NCBI GenBank assembly: GCA_951406725.2 | Contig: OX597825.1 | Coordinates: 69,936,001 to 70,000,000 of the forward strand | Origin: Octopus vulgaris | Lineage: Eukaryota | Direction: 5' to 3' | DNA: 64,000 nucleotides | Shown: positions 26,881 to 42,002 of the stretch, piece after piece | Layout: the number at the start of each line of letters is the position of its first letter | Position numbering within the stretch: the stretch's first letter is position 1 | Position numbers and translations under genes: made by a program | Notes under the pieces: generated by a model | The model's input: the letters and a program-made list of their open reading frames with translations, nothing else | Database searches by the model: none | What the model was told of the DNA's origin: nothing

Positions 26881-27186
26881 TAATATTATTTTTTTCCATC
26901 ATTTCCTTCAAGCGATATCTTCATCATTATGAACATTACAATTTTTTTCTGTTTCCTGTATTTTCCTTTAATTTTTTTACGTATTCTTTTTTTTGCGATG
27001 TTTTTGTTTGCTTGTTTTTGTCTAAATTTTCGACCATCTTCGGCATTAAAAGCATCTGAATTAGCAACTCTAAATATATAAATATCTCATTAATATCAAC
27101 AACAAATCGATAGCAATAACCATAAAGATGATATTAATTCCTATCATTGTCAGATTCTACAAAACGATATCGTGCACAAAATAATG

Positions 27187-27220
<34 letters not shown>

Positions 27221-27406
27221 TAATAACGATGATGATGATGACGATCATGTTAAAACTTTGTGGTAATATAAATAAGAGAATAACTTTGATATACATATAA
27301 AAAATAAAAACAACGATAAATGGCGTAAAAAGTGTGTTTTTTTGTCACACATGTTAACGACCGAATGAAAATGATTTTTGTCTTTTCGTTCGCTGCATTT
27401 TGTATT

Positions 27407-27477
<71 letters not shown>

Positions 27478-27733
27478 GTATGTATGTCTGTCTCTCTATC
27501 TATCTCTATCTATCCATCCATCTATCTATCTAATCTATCTATCTATCAATATACATATATAACAAAATAATAAATAAAACATATGCATATATACATACAT
27601 ATATGTACGTACCTACATCTATATATATGCATATGTTTTATTTATTATTTTGTTATTATATGATGAAACGCCACACATCCTCTTCCAAGTAAGTTTCATA
27701 TATACATATATATATGTATATATATATATATAA

Positions 27734-27843
<110 letters not shown>

Positions 27844-28344
27844 TTATGTATGTATATGAAGAACCGGATAAGAAAAAGGTGTAAGATAGCTGGTTTGTAC
27901 AATGGGAATTGGTACTAAGAAGGGAAGAGAATGATCGCGTGTATATCTGTGAATGTGTGCGTAAGTGTGTATGTGAATATATATATATATGTGTATATGT
28001 ATGTATGCATACTTGTATTTATGTTTGTGTACACACACCCATGCACACATATAAACATGCGTGTTTGCATGTATATGTATAAATAAATATATCGGAACGG
28101 TGATATCACCAAATATATATACAAATGCATGTGTGTGCATGTTTGTGTGCATGTTTTTGTGCGTTTGTGTTTGTGTGTGCGTGTGAGTATACATATATGT
28201 GTGCATATGAGAGTATAGATATATGCGTGTATTATGTATGAATCTATGTATACATGAGTATACATATGTATATATATATAAATACATGAATACGCATTTG
28301 TGTGCGTATGTGGATTTATATATCTCTTGAATCATGCTAGAAAT

Positions 28345-29235
28345 TTTTTTTTTAATTTTCAATTGCGAATATAACAAATTTTTATGCCATATTCTTCGAT
28401 TGCCGTTTATGAGTAGGATATCGTGAGATATGAGATGCCTTCGTGCTTATTATGTTTAATTTCTTGGGATTATCTTTCGGTTTTTAAATTTTCGACAACC
28501 ACTTTCTTCCCATGCGGGATAAATATTAAATAATAAGTAAAAATAATATAGAATACGAAGCCAAAACCAAAAAATTTTTAAATAGCATTTAGTTGTTACT
28601 GTTGTCTTTATAAGAACTACATGAGTTTAGTACTAGAAAACTAAAATTAATATTTCATAGTGAGAGATAATATATCACGATTCAGATTTTCTTCAAATTT
28701 TTTTATTTCTGATATTTTTTCTTTGTTTATTTATAATGGGTTTTCAAGTGCAGCGTTTTGAAATACTTGTAAAATCAGCATTGACTCTTTTACTGCAGAA
28801 ATCAGTTATATCCGTTCAAAGTGTCATTACACTTAACTGCGGAAAGCAGTTTCATACGCTTTTCCTTATGGAGATATCTTGAGTTTAAAGAGATGTTATG
28901 ACTTGCATGATATACTAATTTTTAATTTTTGGTAAATATTTAACATAATTATGAAATTTAATTTCGTAGTGAAAGAAACCGACATTTAACAAATAATATA
29001 AATCGTGTTACTTGATGTATATCATGTGATTTTATCTAATGTCAGAGAAATATTCTTTTCTACTCTAGGCACAAGGCCCGAATTTTTGTGGCAGGTGACC
29101 AGGCGAAAGATAATTCCAAGAAATTATACATAATAAGCACGAATACATCACATACCTAACGATATCCTACTCATACGCAGGAATCGAAGAATATTACATA
29201 AGAATTTAAGATATATTCGCAATTGAAAATTTTTT
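28345..29235. repeat. ~130-bp inverted repeat pair (28345-28476 / 29107-29235), possible fold-back element
   Basis: AATTTTCAATTGCGAATAT...TATGAGTAGGATATCG...TTATCTT is the reverse complement of AAGATAA...CGATATCCTACTCATA...ATATTCGCAATTGAAAATT. Confidence 0.85.
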
Positions 29236-29925
29236 TTAAAATGTCATTTCGTAGAGAAAGAAACCAACATTTAATAAATAATACGTATCGTGTTGCTTGA
29301 TGTATATCATGTGATTTTATCTAATGACAGATTTTATCTAATGGCATATTATTCGCAATGCATGCGCGATATTGTCTACATATAAAAAAATGATACTTTT
29401 ATTGCTGTCGATTATGGTTATGGTTATGGACTTGTAACAATATGCATTTGATTACAGGCCTATAATCAACGCCTATAATCAAGCACATTCCAATTATGAA
29501 CATCCCATCTGTTTTTCTGGCTATTATATAGAGAACAACATTATCATATGTAGTAACAAGAAAATGTTGCTTTTTTACACGGGTTTTATAATCAATTGTG
29601 TAGCAAAATATTTCAGCATAGAAATTCTAATTGTGTTTTACGAGGCATGCATATTTAAAAATAAAATCTGTTGTCACGAAAATCTAAATTTTGCTGACAC
29701 TCAATTCCTACATATCACTAAAAATATCACATTTTTGTCATACACTTCACATGCGCGTGCGCATTTACATATACATGCATGCATACATACATACATACAT
29801 GCATACATACATACATACATACATACATACATACATACATGCATGCATACATACATTTATACATACATACAAACAAACAATCTTACAATCATGCAAACTT
29901 GCATTTGTATGTTTATATACATATG

Positions 29926-29961
<36 letters not shown>

Positions 29962-29982
29962 CATACATATATATATATATAC

Positions 29983-30019
<37 letters not shown>

Positions 30020-30060
30020 CATATATACGTACATATATATATATATACATATATATATAC

Positions 30061-30128
<68 letters not shown>

Positions 30129-31089
30129 GCATGTCTGTATGTATGAAGTGTTATTACCGTGCATGTTTTTTAAAGATGTATGACAAATAATTACCAATAA
30201 CAAGAAAGGAAGTGTAAGTATTTTAAGATCTATAGAATATAATGATGGCGAACATGTGATAAAATATAAAATAAACGAATGGAGAGAGATGAATAGGGTT
30301 CATGAAAATAGAAAACAGGCTTGTGAATCAACATTTCAAATATGTGTTTCTCTGATTGAGGACAATTAAAAGGAAAGGTAAGATGTTTGACTTCTCTTCT
30401 AAGTATGAGACAGAGAAGTGAAGAATATTGGCTTTAGATAGGAGACGGAAAATCGTTAATATATTTTGGAGGCAGCTTTCATAGATTATATTCTGAATTT
30501 AATACAGTTTGAGTAACAAGATCGGATTTGATATATTAGGAAAGCTAGCGAGGAAAAGTGAAGCAACAATCTGCTTGAAGTTTGTTTTTATTTGTCATTT
30601 TCAAATAAGGGAGGTAATTAACCTCAGATTGTTTTAAGAATAAGATTTTTTTTGGCTTAATTACTGATTGCAAAGTAGATTATAACAAAATAAAGCCAAA
30701 GAAAATAAAGCCATCGTATAAATTTAAAACTAAAATCTAATTAAGCGATGGTAATGAAACACCATCAAAGCTATAGTAAATTCTGTAATTTAAATAATTG
30801 TGTTATTTTGCTAAATTAAACGTCATGTCCACGTTAAGGATTCATTGCTCATTAAGAGAATAATTATATCCGTCTTGTAGTATTACTTCCTTGAATAGTT
30901 TTTTTATCTAATAATCTACAACATATTGAGTGCTAATGAAAGAATCTCTAATTGGTAATTCACTACGTATAAATGGCAGTCAAATATTCTTTAAATATTT
31001 TACGCCTGCTAGTACTGCTGTGTGGTTAAGAAGCTTGAAGCAGATAAAGCTATTTCGCCGTTCCAGTGTATGCATACAGATAGATAATG

Positions 31090-32128
31090 GTAAGAAACTC
31101 TCACGATAGCTGAACGGCAGAAAGTCTTCAGAAAAGAAACCCCACTCAGCCAAGCGTTTCGGCTCTTTACTTCTTAAAATTTAAGGGATCCGGGCAGCAT
31201 CAGGGTCGTGACTCTAGGGTGCATTTTTGCTGACACAATCTAGCCACTTGGATATCGGGGATAAGGGCATTTTATACGCTTGAAGATTTCATCTGGTTGT
31301 AACTTGTCTCCGCTGATTCAGCTTTCAAACTTATGTTCAAAGAAGATATAACATTAGTTGTCATGGAAGAAGTGAATATCATTTCTATCGCAAGAATTCA
31401 CTTAAAGTTTAGTGTTAAAATACAAAGATATTGCCTTCAAACGGTATGGAGGTCGTTCTCATTCCTCTTCGATCAGATCCAGCTGGAACACCATTCCTGA
31501 TATTGCCTCTCGGGCTTTGGTCCTCTTTCCAGAGACTGAGAGTAGTTTAATTAGACCGTAAGCGGATTTTCCCTCAAAATTTTAACGCCAACCTTTATGG
31601 TGAAAAACTTGACCCGATGTTGTCTTCCCTCAGGTTGTTGGCCAGGCTGGAGTATTTTCCGGTTTTCAACATATGTGCTTTTTCTACTCTGTATTTAAAC
31701 GGCAGAATGTTTTCAATCCAAAATAGTTGCTTTGATGAACTGGAATGAAGTATGATATCCGGCCTCAAACGACTTTTTCTAATACTTTCTGGTGGTTTTT
31801 GTTGATCCTGGGAGGACTTCTGAACTCTCACAGTCATCTGTACACGCACTCCCCCCAGAAGACTCCATTTCTGTGCCCTGTATGACATTGCTATTCACAG
31901 ATTCATATGGTCATACTCGTCGAGAATCCAGTCGGAAAATCTAATGCCGCTTGCTTCTGATTGTACCCCGTAGAGGAGGTGTTTGAGTAATCTACCCCAA
32001 GGAGCCTTAGAAGAATAGCTGTCTCCCGCATTGCAGAATGTTTCTGGTTTCAAATTTACCGTACTTATCACAGGTGCGATTTCCTTGAACGCTTGATTGT
32101 GCCTCCATGCGTATCTTCTTTGGACCAG
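31090..32128 (-). mobile_element. R2/Hero-like non-LTR retrotransposon 3' remnant (restriction-like endonuclease plus probable 3' UTR)
   Basis: [12 protein letters not shown] and LRPDIILHS...WIE..LP...KxxKY are RLE motifs. 31090-31370 is homologous to 42428-42710. Confidence 0.8.
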
Positions 32129-32172
32129 ATAGATAGATAGATAGAGAGAGAGAGAAAAAGAGAGTGAGAGAG

Positions 32173-32272
<100 letters not shown>

Positions 32273-32278
32273 ACACAC

Positions 32279-32345
<67 letters not shown>

Positions 32346-32988
32346 TAGTTGAAACATGAATTCTAATTTCGGCGTGTGTCTTCAATTGATTCATCGTCAG
32401 ATATTCATTTACATGTTAATTCAACATTTTATGTCATTTCCGAATATAAGAGTTTCTTTTTTAAAATAGCTTTAAATTTTACGAACCATATTACAATGCT
32501 TCGTTGACTAATAATTAAATGTTAAAGGAAGTCAACAGAAATAATAAAAAAATGTTTAATGATATTGTAATAAAATGGATATTCATAATACTTGTCTGTA
32601 TTGTCAGATTTTTATGTGTTCATAAAGTTATTTAGGAGCGGATATTAATTTGATATAATGTTTAATGTGGCACTATTATACAAGCTGTACGATTATGTTG
32701 GTTTTTTTTTTTTTTTTTCTAATATTCAAGTATATCATTTTTGCAATTTGATTTATAAAATGTTAACGAATAAACTGTAAAGAGGATATCAAAGTATGCA
32801 ACAAGATAAAATGGAAACATAAATGATGGGATTGTAATGGGAAAAAGATGTATTACATGTTCAAATTTTGATATTTTGATTAATGGAAATAAATAAATAT
32901 AACCTAAAAGTGAATGCATGTATCCATACATATACTTATGTGTGTACACGCATAACAAGGTTGATATCTAAACACACACACACACACG

Positions 32989-33092
<104 letters not shown>

Positions 33093-33096
33093 TATG

Positions 33097-33134
<38 letters not shown>

Positions 33135-33205
33135 CATTTATCTATCTGTCTACTTATCTATGATATATATATATACATACATTCATCTATCTGTCTATCT
33201 ATATG

Positions 33206-33382
<177 letters not shown>

Positions 33383-33890
33383 GTATGTATACATCAATTG
33401 GTTTGGATCAGGTCGATAGGGGTTAATAGCTGGGTTGCTTCCCGCATGTGATTGACTATTAAGTTATTCTATGAGAGAATTAATAAATTGATTGATGAAT
33501 TAATATATTCAGTCATTCCATTATAGAATTAGGAACGAATGTTGAAAGACAGCAGATACTTCACAATTACAATATCAATAGCAATAGCAGTTACGTACAG
33601 TATTCGGTAAATAAATAAATTAAAAGCTTAAAATGGACATTAGATTTTCAATATATGCTGCGCATTTTCAATAGCGAGGTATTTAATTTGTCATTCGTCC
33701 ATTACATCCTAGACAAACACGTGTAACATTTTCAAGCGCCCGACTGCCTACATTGCTCTGCATTTAAACTGATGTAATGATTGCATTGTTCAATTAAAAG
33801 GAGTTGCATGAAACGATCGCGCTGCATTACCTCTGGATATCCTTGTTGCTTATTTTGATATCTATCTATCTCTATATCTATCTATCTAAT

Positions 33891-34291
33891 GTAGGAGTGG
33901 CTGTGTGGTAAGTAGCTTGCTAACCAACCACATGGTTCCGGGTTCAGTCCCACTGCGTGGCATCTTGGGCAAGTGTCTTCTGCTATAGCCCCGGGCCGAC
34001 CAGTGCCTTGTGAGTGGATTTGGTAGACGGAAACTGAAAGAAGCCTGTCGTATATATGTATATATATATGTGTCTGTGTGTGTGTTTGTCCCCCTAGCAT
34101 TGTTTGACAACCGATGCTGGTGTGTTTAGCAAGAATCCCCGTCACTTAGCGGTTCGGCAAATGAGACCGATAGAATAAGTACTGGGCTTACAAAGAATAA
34201 GTCCCGGGGTCAATTTGCTCAACTAAAGGCGGTGCTCCAGCATGGCCGCAGTCAAATGACTGAAACAAGTAAAAGAGTAAAGAGTAAAAGA

Positions 34292-34292
<1 letters not shown>
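33891..34292 (+). mobile_element. SINE family A, full length
   Basis: Near-identical to the 7843 copy. Confidence 0.93.
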
Positions 34293-34347
<55 letters not shown>

Positions 34348-35099
34348 ATATATGCATGTATGTATGTATATATGCCTGTCTATGTTTGGGTTTGTGTTTA
34401 ATCTTATCACCACTTAACAATCAGTGTTGCTTTGTATATGTTCCCTAAACTGAGCGGTTCCGCAAAGAGAGAGATAGGATAAGTAACAGACTGAGAAAAA
34501 AGTTAAGTACTAGGGTTCATTTGTTGATTTCAAGACGGTGACCCAGAATGGCCGCAGTCCTACGACTAAGCAAGTAAAACATAAAAAAGAGACCCAGGTA
34601 AGCAATGGTGAGCGTTGTAAATATGCTAACGTAGTCGAATACGAGTAAAAATAGACATTTTATTCAGTATAGATAATATTATTTAAGAACGGGTTTGGAG
34701 AAAGAACTGCCATTTATGCAGTGGATTCTAGTAAGGATTTGGGATAAATAATGATTTATTATAAAATTTTAAATAATGATATTCAGAGAATTTATTATAG
34801 ATGATGAAATCTTAAACTACGTGACATTAATTTACATTCAGTATATAGAATTTTAAAAATAAACGATAAATTTCAGTATGTTTTGACAGACATTAACTAA
34901 AAGTTGTGCTTGTGACTTTTATGATTGGTAAAGGGCAACCTAATGGAAAATTATAATTTCAATATATATGCCTTGCTCCTATCATTCTAAGTTTGACAGT
35001 CTGGGTAAAATGAAAAATAAATAAACAATATTCCGTCCAAAATTAACGTATTTTAAAAAGTTAAAAAATATCAAGTGGATTATAGTTGTGAGAGATATC

Positions 35100-35490
35100 A
35101 TTTCACTCAAAGCAGTCGTCCTCATCTTCCACCAGCGCCTCAAGACAGCACCAGAATTTGGTGCATGCTTTGTAAACTGTGACCCTGGGAAGAACAGCTC
35201 GGCCTGGGATTTCTAAGTTTGACAGTCTGGGTAAAATGAAAAATAAATAAACAATACTCCCACAAACACTTCTGATTATTACTGGGATATGGCAAGGGGC
35301 CGAATCTTGCTACAACACGTGGCCATCAAGCAGACACCTCCAGTTTGTCTACAGTCTCCTATCCTTTCAAACAGCCATTTGAATTGAGCCTAAGGCCCAG
35401 TTCATCAGTTTCTGGATGAATTCAGGTGTGGGAACAATGTTCACATAGCGGTCATAACGTTGGCATTTTGATACGCAGCCCCAATCATAT
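35100..35490 (-). pseudogene. DD37D/maT-like transposase remnant
   Basis: Minus strand encodes GLRLNSNG, QDSAPCH and KACTKF..LEALV...FE*, similar to the 49650 fragment. Confidence 0.7.
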
Positions 35491-35878
35491 TTTTCAATAT
35501 TTAGATGGGTTTTTATCGGTGTGTCGTCTGTCATTACTTTCTGAGATCAAATTTCTCCGAGATCGATTTTCCTTTTCATCCTTTCGAGGTCGATAAATTA
35601 AGTACAAGCTGCGTACGGGAGTCGATCTAATCGACTGGCCTCCTTCCCCAAAATTTTCGGGTTAGAGTAGAAAAGAATATTTAAATGGCTTTCAATCCTC
35701 CATGTCAGCTAAATTTTTCTTATCTATACTTTAGTATTTATGCTCTCCAACGCCGTTGACTGTTCAGCGATACATGAAGCTGTTCCTGAAAAAATACACA
35801 AAAATATTTTATTGTAGCCCAAACACCCTGTGCATATATGAGTGTGTATTTATATATATGTATATACATGTATGTATG

Positions 35879-35971
<93 letters not shown>

Positions 35972-35975
<4 letters not shown>

Positions 35976-36276
35976 CGCAATGGCCCAGTGGTTAGGGCAG
36001 CGGACTCGCGGTCGGAGGATCGCGGTTTCGATTCCCAGACCGGACGTTGTGAGTGTTTATTGAGCGAAAACACCTAAAGCTCTACAAGGCTCTGGCAGGG
36101 GGGGTGGCAAACCCTGCTGTACTCTTTCGCCACAACTTTCTCTCACTCTTTCTTCTGTTGGCCTGCTCGCTTAGCCAGCGGGGTGGCGTCATTTGAAGGC
36201 TAAAAACAATGCGAAGCGCATTGTGACCAGCGATGTGTAGCAACATCTGATAGCCTGGTCGGTCACGGTGATCACG

Positions 36277-36281
<5 letters not shown>
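35972..36281 (+). mobile_element. SINE family E with tail 2
   Basis: Same head as 22489 but tail ...ATCTGATAGCCTGGTCGGTCACGGTGATCACGGTGA. Confidence 0.9.
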
Positions 36282-36344
<63 letters not shown>

Positions 36345-36446
36345 CGAGTCTCATGAAAATGTCAGATGTCAGATGAAAATGTTTGATGAAGTTGTCTGAT
36401 GAAAATATTTCATGAAAATATTGATGAAAAAGGTTTCATGGAAATA

Positions 36447-36700
36447 TTTCACTTTCGGTTTAACTTCGGGTTTCCCTTTTCAATATCGGTTTTACTTGGG
36501 CTTTCCCCATTCAAATTTGGTTTCATTTTCGGTTTCACTTGCGTGTTCCCCTTTTACTTTCCGTTTAACTTTCGGTTTCACATGAGGTTTCCCTTTTTAC
36601 TTTCGGTTTCACTTCAGGTTTCACTTGGGGTTTCCACTTTTACTATCGGTTTCACTTGGAGATTCCTCTTTTACTTTCGGTGTCACTTTCGGGTTCACTC
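36447..36700. repeat. Degenerate minisatellite (TTTCGGTTTCACTT..GGTTTCCC.TTTTAC-like units)
   Basis: The motif recurs about 7 times. Confidence 0.75.
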
Positions 36701-36874
36701 AGGGATGAAACATATAAAAGAATTTTAAAAGATATACATATGTATTGATTGCGAGGTTATTTATTCACCTTACACCCTTGCGGTAGTTCTCCAGCAAGGC
36801 CACTCTTAATGCTTGGAACAAATGAATAAAGGACACAGTATATCTTATTCAGGAATATTGTATGTTTTGCCTTT

Positions 36875-37270
36875 TTCTTGTTTCAATCATTGAACTGCGA
36901 CCATGGGGTGGCATCGCCCTGAAGAGTTTTACTGAACAAATTGTTCCCATTATTTATTTTCCACCTGGTACTTTTTAGAGGATTGTTTAAGATACAGGCA
37001 CGTGAAGAAGACCACACTAGTTACCAAGCGGTAGGGTGGAAGAAACACAAAAACAAACACACGTATGTATGCATGTATGTACGCATGTATGTATGTATAT
37101 ATAAATATATATAAATGTACATACGTATAAAGGGCTTCTTTCATTTTCTGTCAATCACACACACTCTGTCTCACGGCTTTGGTCGGCACCAGGGTTTAGT
37201 AGAAGACACTTTGACAAGATGCCACGCAGTGGGACTGAACCATGTGGCTGGGAAGCAAACTTCTTAGAAC
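36875..37270 (-). mobile_element. SINE family A, degenerate
   Basis: GCCACGCAGTGGGACTGAACC and TTGTTTCAATCATT motifs. Confidence 0.75.
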
Positions 37271-38119
37271 AGAATCGAAGATCTCAATCGGGATTTAGTT
37301 GAAAAATTCATTTTTCTGTACTAGATTTTTCCTGTCCACTAATTATCATTCCTGTTTCAAGATTATGTCATAAGTTATAGATTATAATCTTTGTTTACAA
37401 TTATATTCCCAGTTCTAGTGTTTACCAATAAAGATATTGATAGCCGGAAAACAGTGTATATTCAAGTTATTAAATTAGTTTATCGTTATATTATTTCGTT
37501 CTACAGAAAAAATTTTAAAATGCCAAAGTATAACTAGCTTGAAGAAAATCCATTAATTATACATCTCATGTTGTGAGATGTAAGGTTTTAACCAATCGTA
37601 TGTTCTCCTTGTTGTCTTAGTGATATCGTTCGTGAATAAATATTGACGTTTATTTTTCGAAAGGGATGTTATTTAAGATTTAAATTATGAGATCTTCATT
37701 GATTTATTGCTAATTTTCCAACTAAATATTTGCTTCAAAATAATAATTCCAAGTGAGACCTGTCACAAAATAATTGAATAAAATTCTAGAAGGAATATTG
37801 GAAACTTAGATGTACTTTCCGAACTTAACGAAAATATAAACAGGCAAATATATGACAATAATAAGTCTTGTTTATTTTTTTTAATAGCTTAAACAAGTAT
37901 TTTAGCAGCAAGCTTCATTATGTGTATCAGAACATCCATGCAATCAGGTGACATAACCTCCATCTCATTGCGTGGCATAACCAATATTTTGAAAGAACAA
38001 TTTTGGGGGAATTGTATACACAGATATCTTTAAATTTTAAAATGTATATATCTTTAAATTTCAGAAAATCCTCGCATGGATGTATGTCATTATTCAGTTT
38101 TATTTCATGATTTCTTGCC

Positions 38120-38345
38120 AATAAAGAAAGAGTCGGTTTCTATCCTAGATCCAAAGCGTCTTCACTGGAATTTTAACAGCAACAACAAGGTATTTTTTGT
38201 TTGTATGTATAAGTGCAATATCTAAGTGATTTGATCTGTAGGCTTTCTCCTTTCTGATTTTGAGAAGCATAATTTCTCAAGACTGATATTTAACCAGTGT
38301 TACATATCCCAGGGTCCCAATAATTACAGGTATAAACTTGAACTT
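38120..38345 (-). mobile_element. R4/Dong-like LINE 3' fragment
   Basis: KFKFIPVIIGTLGYV C-terminal motif; 38120-38200 resembles 48115-48190. Confidence 0.6.
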
Positions 38346-38835
38346 GTGGTCTGTATATATATCTTTATGTATACAAACACACATACACACACACACACAC
38401 ACACACATATACATATATACGACTGGCTTCTTTCATTTTCCGTCTACCAAATTCCTGATTAGAAGTCGTGTGTTGAAACAGGTATTGTTGCATTTCGGGA
38501 CGGTCATTTTTTTTTTTTAACAAATAAACACACTCACTATATATTCGTTCTGCACTCGTTCATTACTGTTCTTATTCTAACCTATGTCCATTGTCCGAAA
38601 ATCTTTTGTTATTCATCTGTGGAATATGCCCATCAAGAGTATACACAAAGACAGAAATAATTGCTGAGGAGGTCACAGATGGGTGATGCAAGATTTCCGC
38701 ATAATGTGCATGAGTTAAAATAAGATCAGTAATAAACGAGTGAAGAACGAATATATGAATATTTAGCGCCTGTGTTTATTTGGCAAACAAATGACTGTCT
38801 CGAGATACAACTATATATATATATATATGTGTGTG

Positions 38836-38877
<42 letters not shown>

Positions 38878-38936
38878 CATACATATATATATATATATAT
38901 ATTTGTAAATATATTTGACAATTATTCGGTAGCCAT

Positions 38937-38997
38937 GATAAAACTCCGAGTTTCGGATGTCGGGACGGAAATCCACGCCGCTATCTCTTCAGTTATC
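38937..38997 (-). ncRNA. Hammerhead ribozyme motif, canonical core
   Basis: Minus strand: gataa-CTGAAGA-gatagcggcgtggatttccgtcccgacatcc-GAAAC-tcgga-GTT-ttatc. Stem I is a perfect 5 bp; stem III is the near-palindrome ACTC(G)GAGT. Confidence 0.8.
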
Positions 38998-39409
38998 CGG
39001 CCATCGAAAAAATACTATGAAAATGACCGTTAAACAAAGGGAAATTACTGTGTGATTGACCGTTATTAAGACAAAAGAGCTATTAGAATGACCGCTAAGT
39101 AAGGTGAGGGAGTATAAATGTTCATAGTAATCGCGTAAGCGCACATCCCCATACCTACACATGCACACCACGTACATGCGCCTATAAGTATATACACATT
39201 ATATTTACAGATAAATTCCTCTATTTACATAATATCGAGGTCTCTCATTCTTTTGTTGTCTTACCATTTCTGTTAATATATATAATATAGTATAGTAATG
39301 AAGTAGATTTACGAGTACTACAGCTGATTTTAGAGGTCCGCGTATATTTTCATCTGTCAGTCTGCTTCTAGTCTAGTACTTAGGTTGCTGCTACACATAG
39401 TAATATTAG

Positions 39410-39860
39410 TGAGCTGGCAGAAACGTTAGCACGCCGGGCGAAACGCTTAGCGGTATTTCGTCTGCCGCTACGTTCTGAGTTCAAATTCCGCCGAGGTCGA
39501 CTTTGCCTTTCATCCTTTCGGGGTCGATTAAATAAGTACCAGTTACGTACTGGGGTCGATATAATCGACTTAATCCGTTTGTCTGACCTTGTTTGTCTTC
39601 TCTGTGTATAGCTCCTTGTGGGTAGTAAAGAAATAGGCTATAATAAGGCGGCGATCTGGCAGAGTCGTTAGAACGGCAAGCATAATATCTAGCGGCATTT
39701 CGTCCATCTTTATGTTTTACGTTCAAGTCCCACCGAGGTTGATCTTACCATCCATCTGAGACTAAAAAAAAAAATAATAATAAGTACCAGTTGAACATTG
39801 GGGCTGATATAATAGGCTAGCCTACTTAACCTGAATTTGCTGGATTTGCGCCAAAATGTG
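39410..39860 (+). mobile_element. Two SINE family B copies (young B1 at 39410-39635, older copy at 39645-39860)
   Basis: Family B consensus match. Confidence 0.88.
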
Positions 39861-40224
39861 AAGCAGATATTACTGGTTTGAAATTACGATGCACAAAAGT
39901 TTATACCATTTATTCTCTACGAATGTTTCACCGCTGTGGTCTTCTTCTTCCAATCAGGACTCACGCCATTAGCCACAAAGAATAATCTCTAATTCGAGCG
40001 TACTCTGAGCTACTAAGAATGCGTGTGGCAACTTGAAGATCCACGCACCACACGCGATAGACTGGCGGTTGCACGGGCACGAAAGCTACGTTGTTATCCT
40101 CATTCCGTAAACGGTGGCTTTTAACGGGTGGAAAGCTGAACCATCCTGGGGTACAGAGGATTCGCAATCTAGACTAGGGTCTGAAAGCTTACCACACTAT
40201 AGTGGGTTACACCATGGTTCCTCT

Positions 40225-40430
40225 GCTTTGTGGCAGAAGTAGGAAGAAAGAGTGAGTGAAAGGTGTGGTGAAAGAGTACAGCGGGGTTCACCACCTTCCC
40301 CGCGCCGGAGCCTCGTGGAGCTTAAGTGTTTTTGCTCGGTAAACACTCACAATGCTCTCTCTGGGAATCGAAACCGCGTTCTTACAACCGCGATTCCACT
40401 GCTGTGACCACTGGGCCATTGCGTCTCCAC
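40225..40430 (-). mobile_element. SINE family E head
   Basis: CCACTGGGCCATTGCG and GGGAATCGAAACCGCG. Confidence 0.8.
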
Positions 40431-42002
40431 ATCGCTGTGGTTGCTTGAAATAGCTGCATCGGTAGTTCTATGCCCTCTTGGCCCCGTATGCTCACACAAA
40501 CACACACACACGCACATACACACACAACGTAACATTCGTAAATTGCCTTAATATGTATAATAATTTGAGATATTGCAATTAAATGTCTAATATTTATAAG
40601 AGAATTATTGTAGAAGTAGCATCGGAATTGAAGTGTATCGTCGTACAAATCCATCGATTTAAAAACAACTCAATCATATTTACACCACGTCCCATTGCCA
40701 AATTTCAAAATAATCCCACTCACCAATTTTACGTATCGTTCTCCTTTAATTTTATGAATTAAGCGGTTGTTTTTCCTTCCTTATTTGTCATTGGCCTTAT
40801 TTATTATGATCTGGTTAATTATATTTCGTTGTGTTCTTGTTATATATCCATTTTGATTAATTATTTAAAACGACAAAATAAAGTCGAGTGGGAATCATTA
40901 TTTCTATGATAGATTGTAGTTCAACAAATTTAATGTTCATTAATATTGGTGGATATCTTCTTAAAAATGTAATTTTCGTAAGAGTATGCTAAAATGTTAA
41001 TTGATATTTTCAAATGCAGTAAGATGGAACAGAATGAGGTCTGTAAGAATCTCGATTAAAACATTAATTTATTGTAAAGATCAAATTTTAGAGAATTAAT
41101 TGCATCAAGTATCATATTCCTTGATCTGAAACAACTTTAAAATATGAAGAAATGGAATATAATGAAATTAATATCTACATGCTACTGTATGGTGGGGTAT
41201 AACAGAATCAGCAGAATACGCTGCACACATTACATTGCTGACTTGAGGGACGATATTTTATGTTTTGAGTTCAAATGCTTCTGTGGCCAATTTTGTTGGC
41301 GTTGTAATTTTTAAAATTTTTTTATCGTGATCGATAAAATACAGTACCAGGCATTCACTGACGTGGTTCCGGTCACCTCTTCCATTCTTCCAAGAGCTGT
41401 GACTTTATGTCTTTATAGCTTCTCAGTATTTTAATTTTAAGCGGTGGCATGCAAATATGTATAGGGTCCAGGGCAAATTTCACACATTTTCCGAAATATT
41501 TTCATATACGCTTTGACTCCAAATCGACTTCACCATTCATTCTTCAGATTCCTACGGAACTAAATAGGAATAAAATCACTTATGTTACAACTTCATATTT
41601 TGGTTTCAGGTGGTGCGTTGCAGGCTCTGTTAAGATCTTGACAATACACACTCGGACGTCTTTTTACATCATTGTGGATTCTGAATACACATCTGTTAAA
41701 GATCGACTTAGTTGTTGTTCGTCAGGGAATCATAAAATAAATATACCATTGATGTTGGAACTCGACGGTTTGGTTGAGAGGTATTCTTTCCAATGCTTGT
41801 CATGTCCTGTATATAATAACCCTCCCTTTATTCTCTGAATTCAGTTATTAAGGAGATCGGTTTCGTTATCCGTTCTTCAAGGAATCATACATACTGGTGT
41901 TGAAATAAATTTATAAAGGCGTACGTTTTACGAAATTGATTGTATCGTCTATAAAATCTTCGTTTCTTATATGATAAAGACAAAAATGTATGATAATATG
42001 TG

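Noticed and set aside
32350-32406. Minus-strand CTGACGA...GAAAT motif
   Set aside because: Stems II and III do not pair convincingly; at best a badly decayed HHR, so not counted.
35972-36045. Possible tRNA gene
   Set aside because: Has A/B-box-like motifs but no convincing acceptor stem, and continues into a SINE body present in several copies.
36390-36435. CTGATGA...GAAA on the plus strand
   Set aside because: Arises from a local GATGAAAAT repeat; no stems I or III.
41449-41900. Possible Tc1/mariner remnant (minus-strand PSVYCQDLN; TATAGGGTCCAGGGCAAAT end)
   Set aside because: Only a weak resemblance to the SPDLNP motif, and no partner terminal repeat found.
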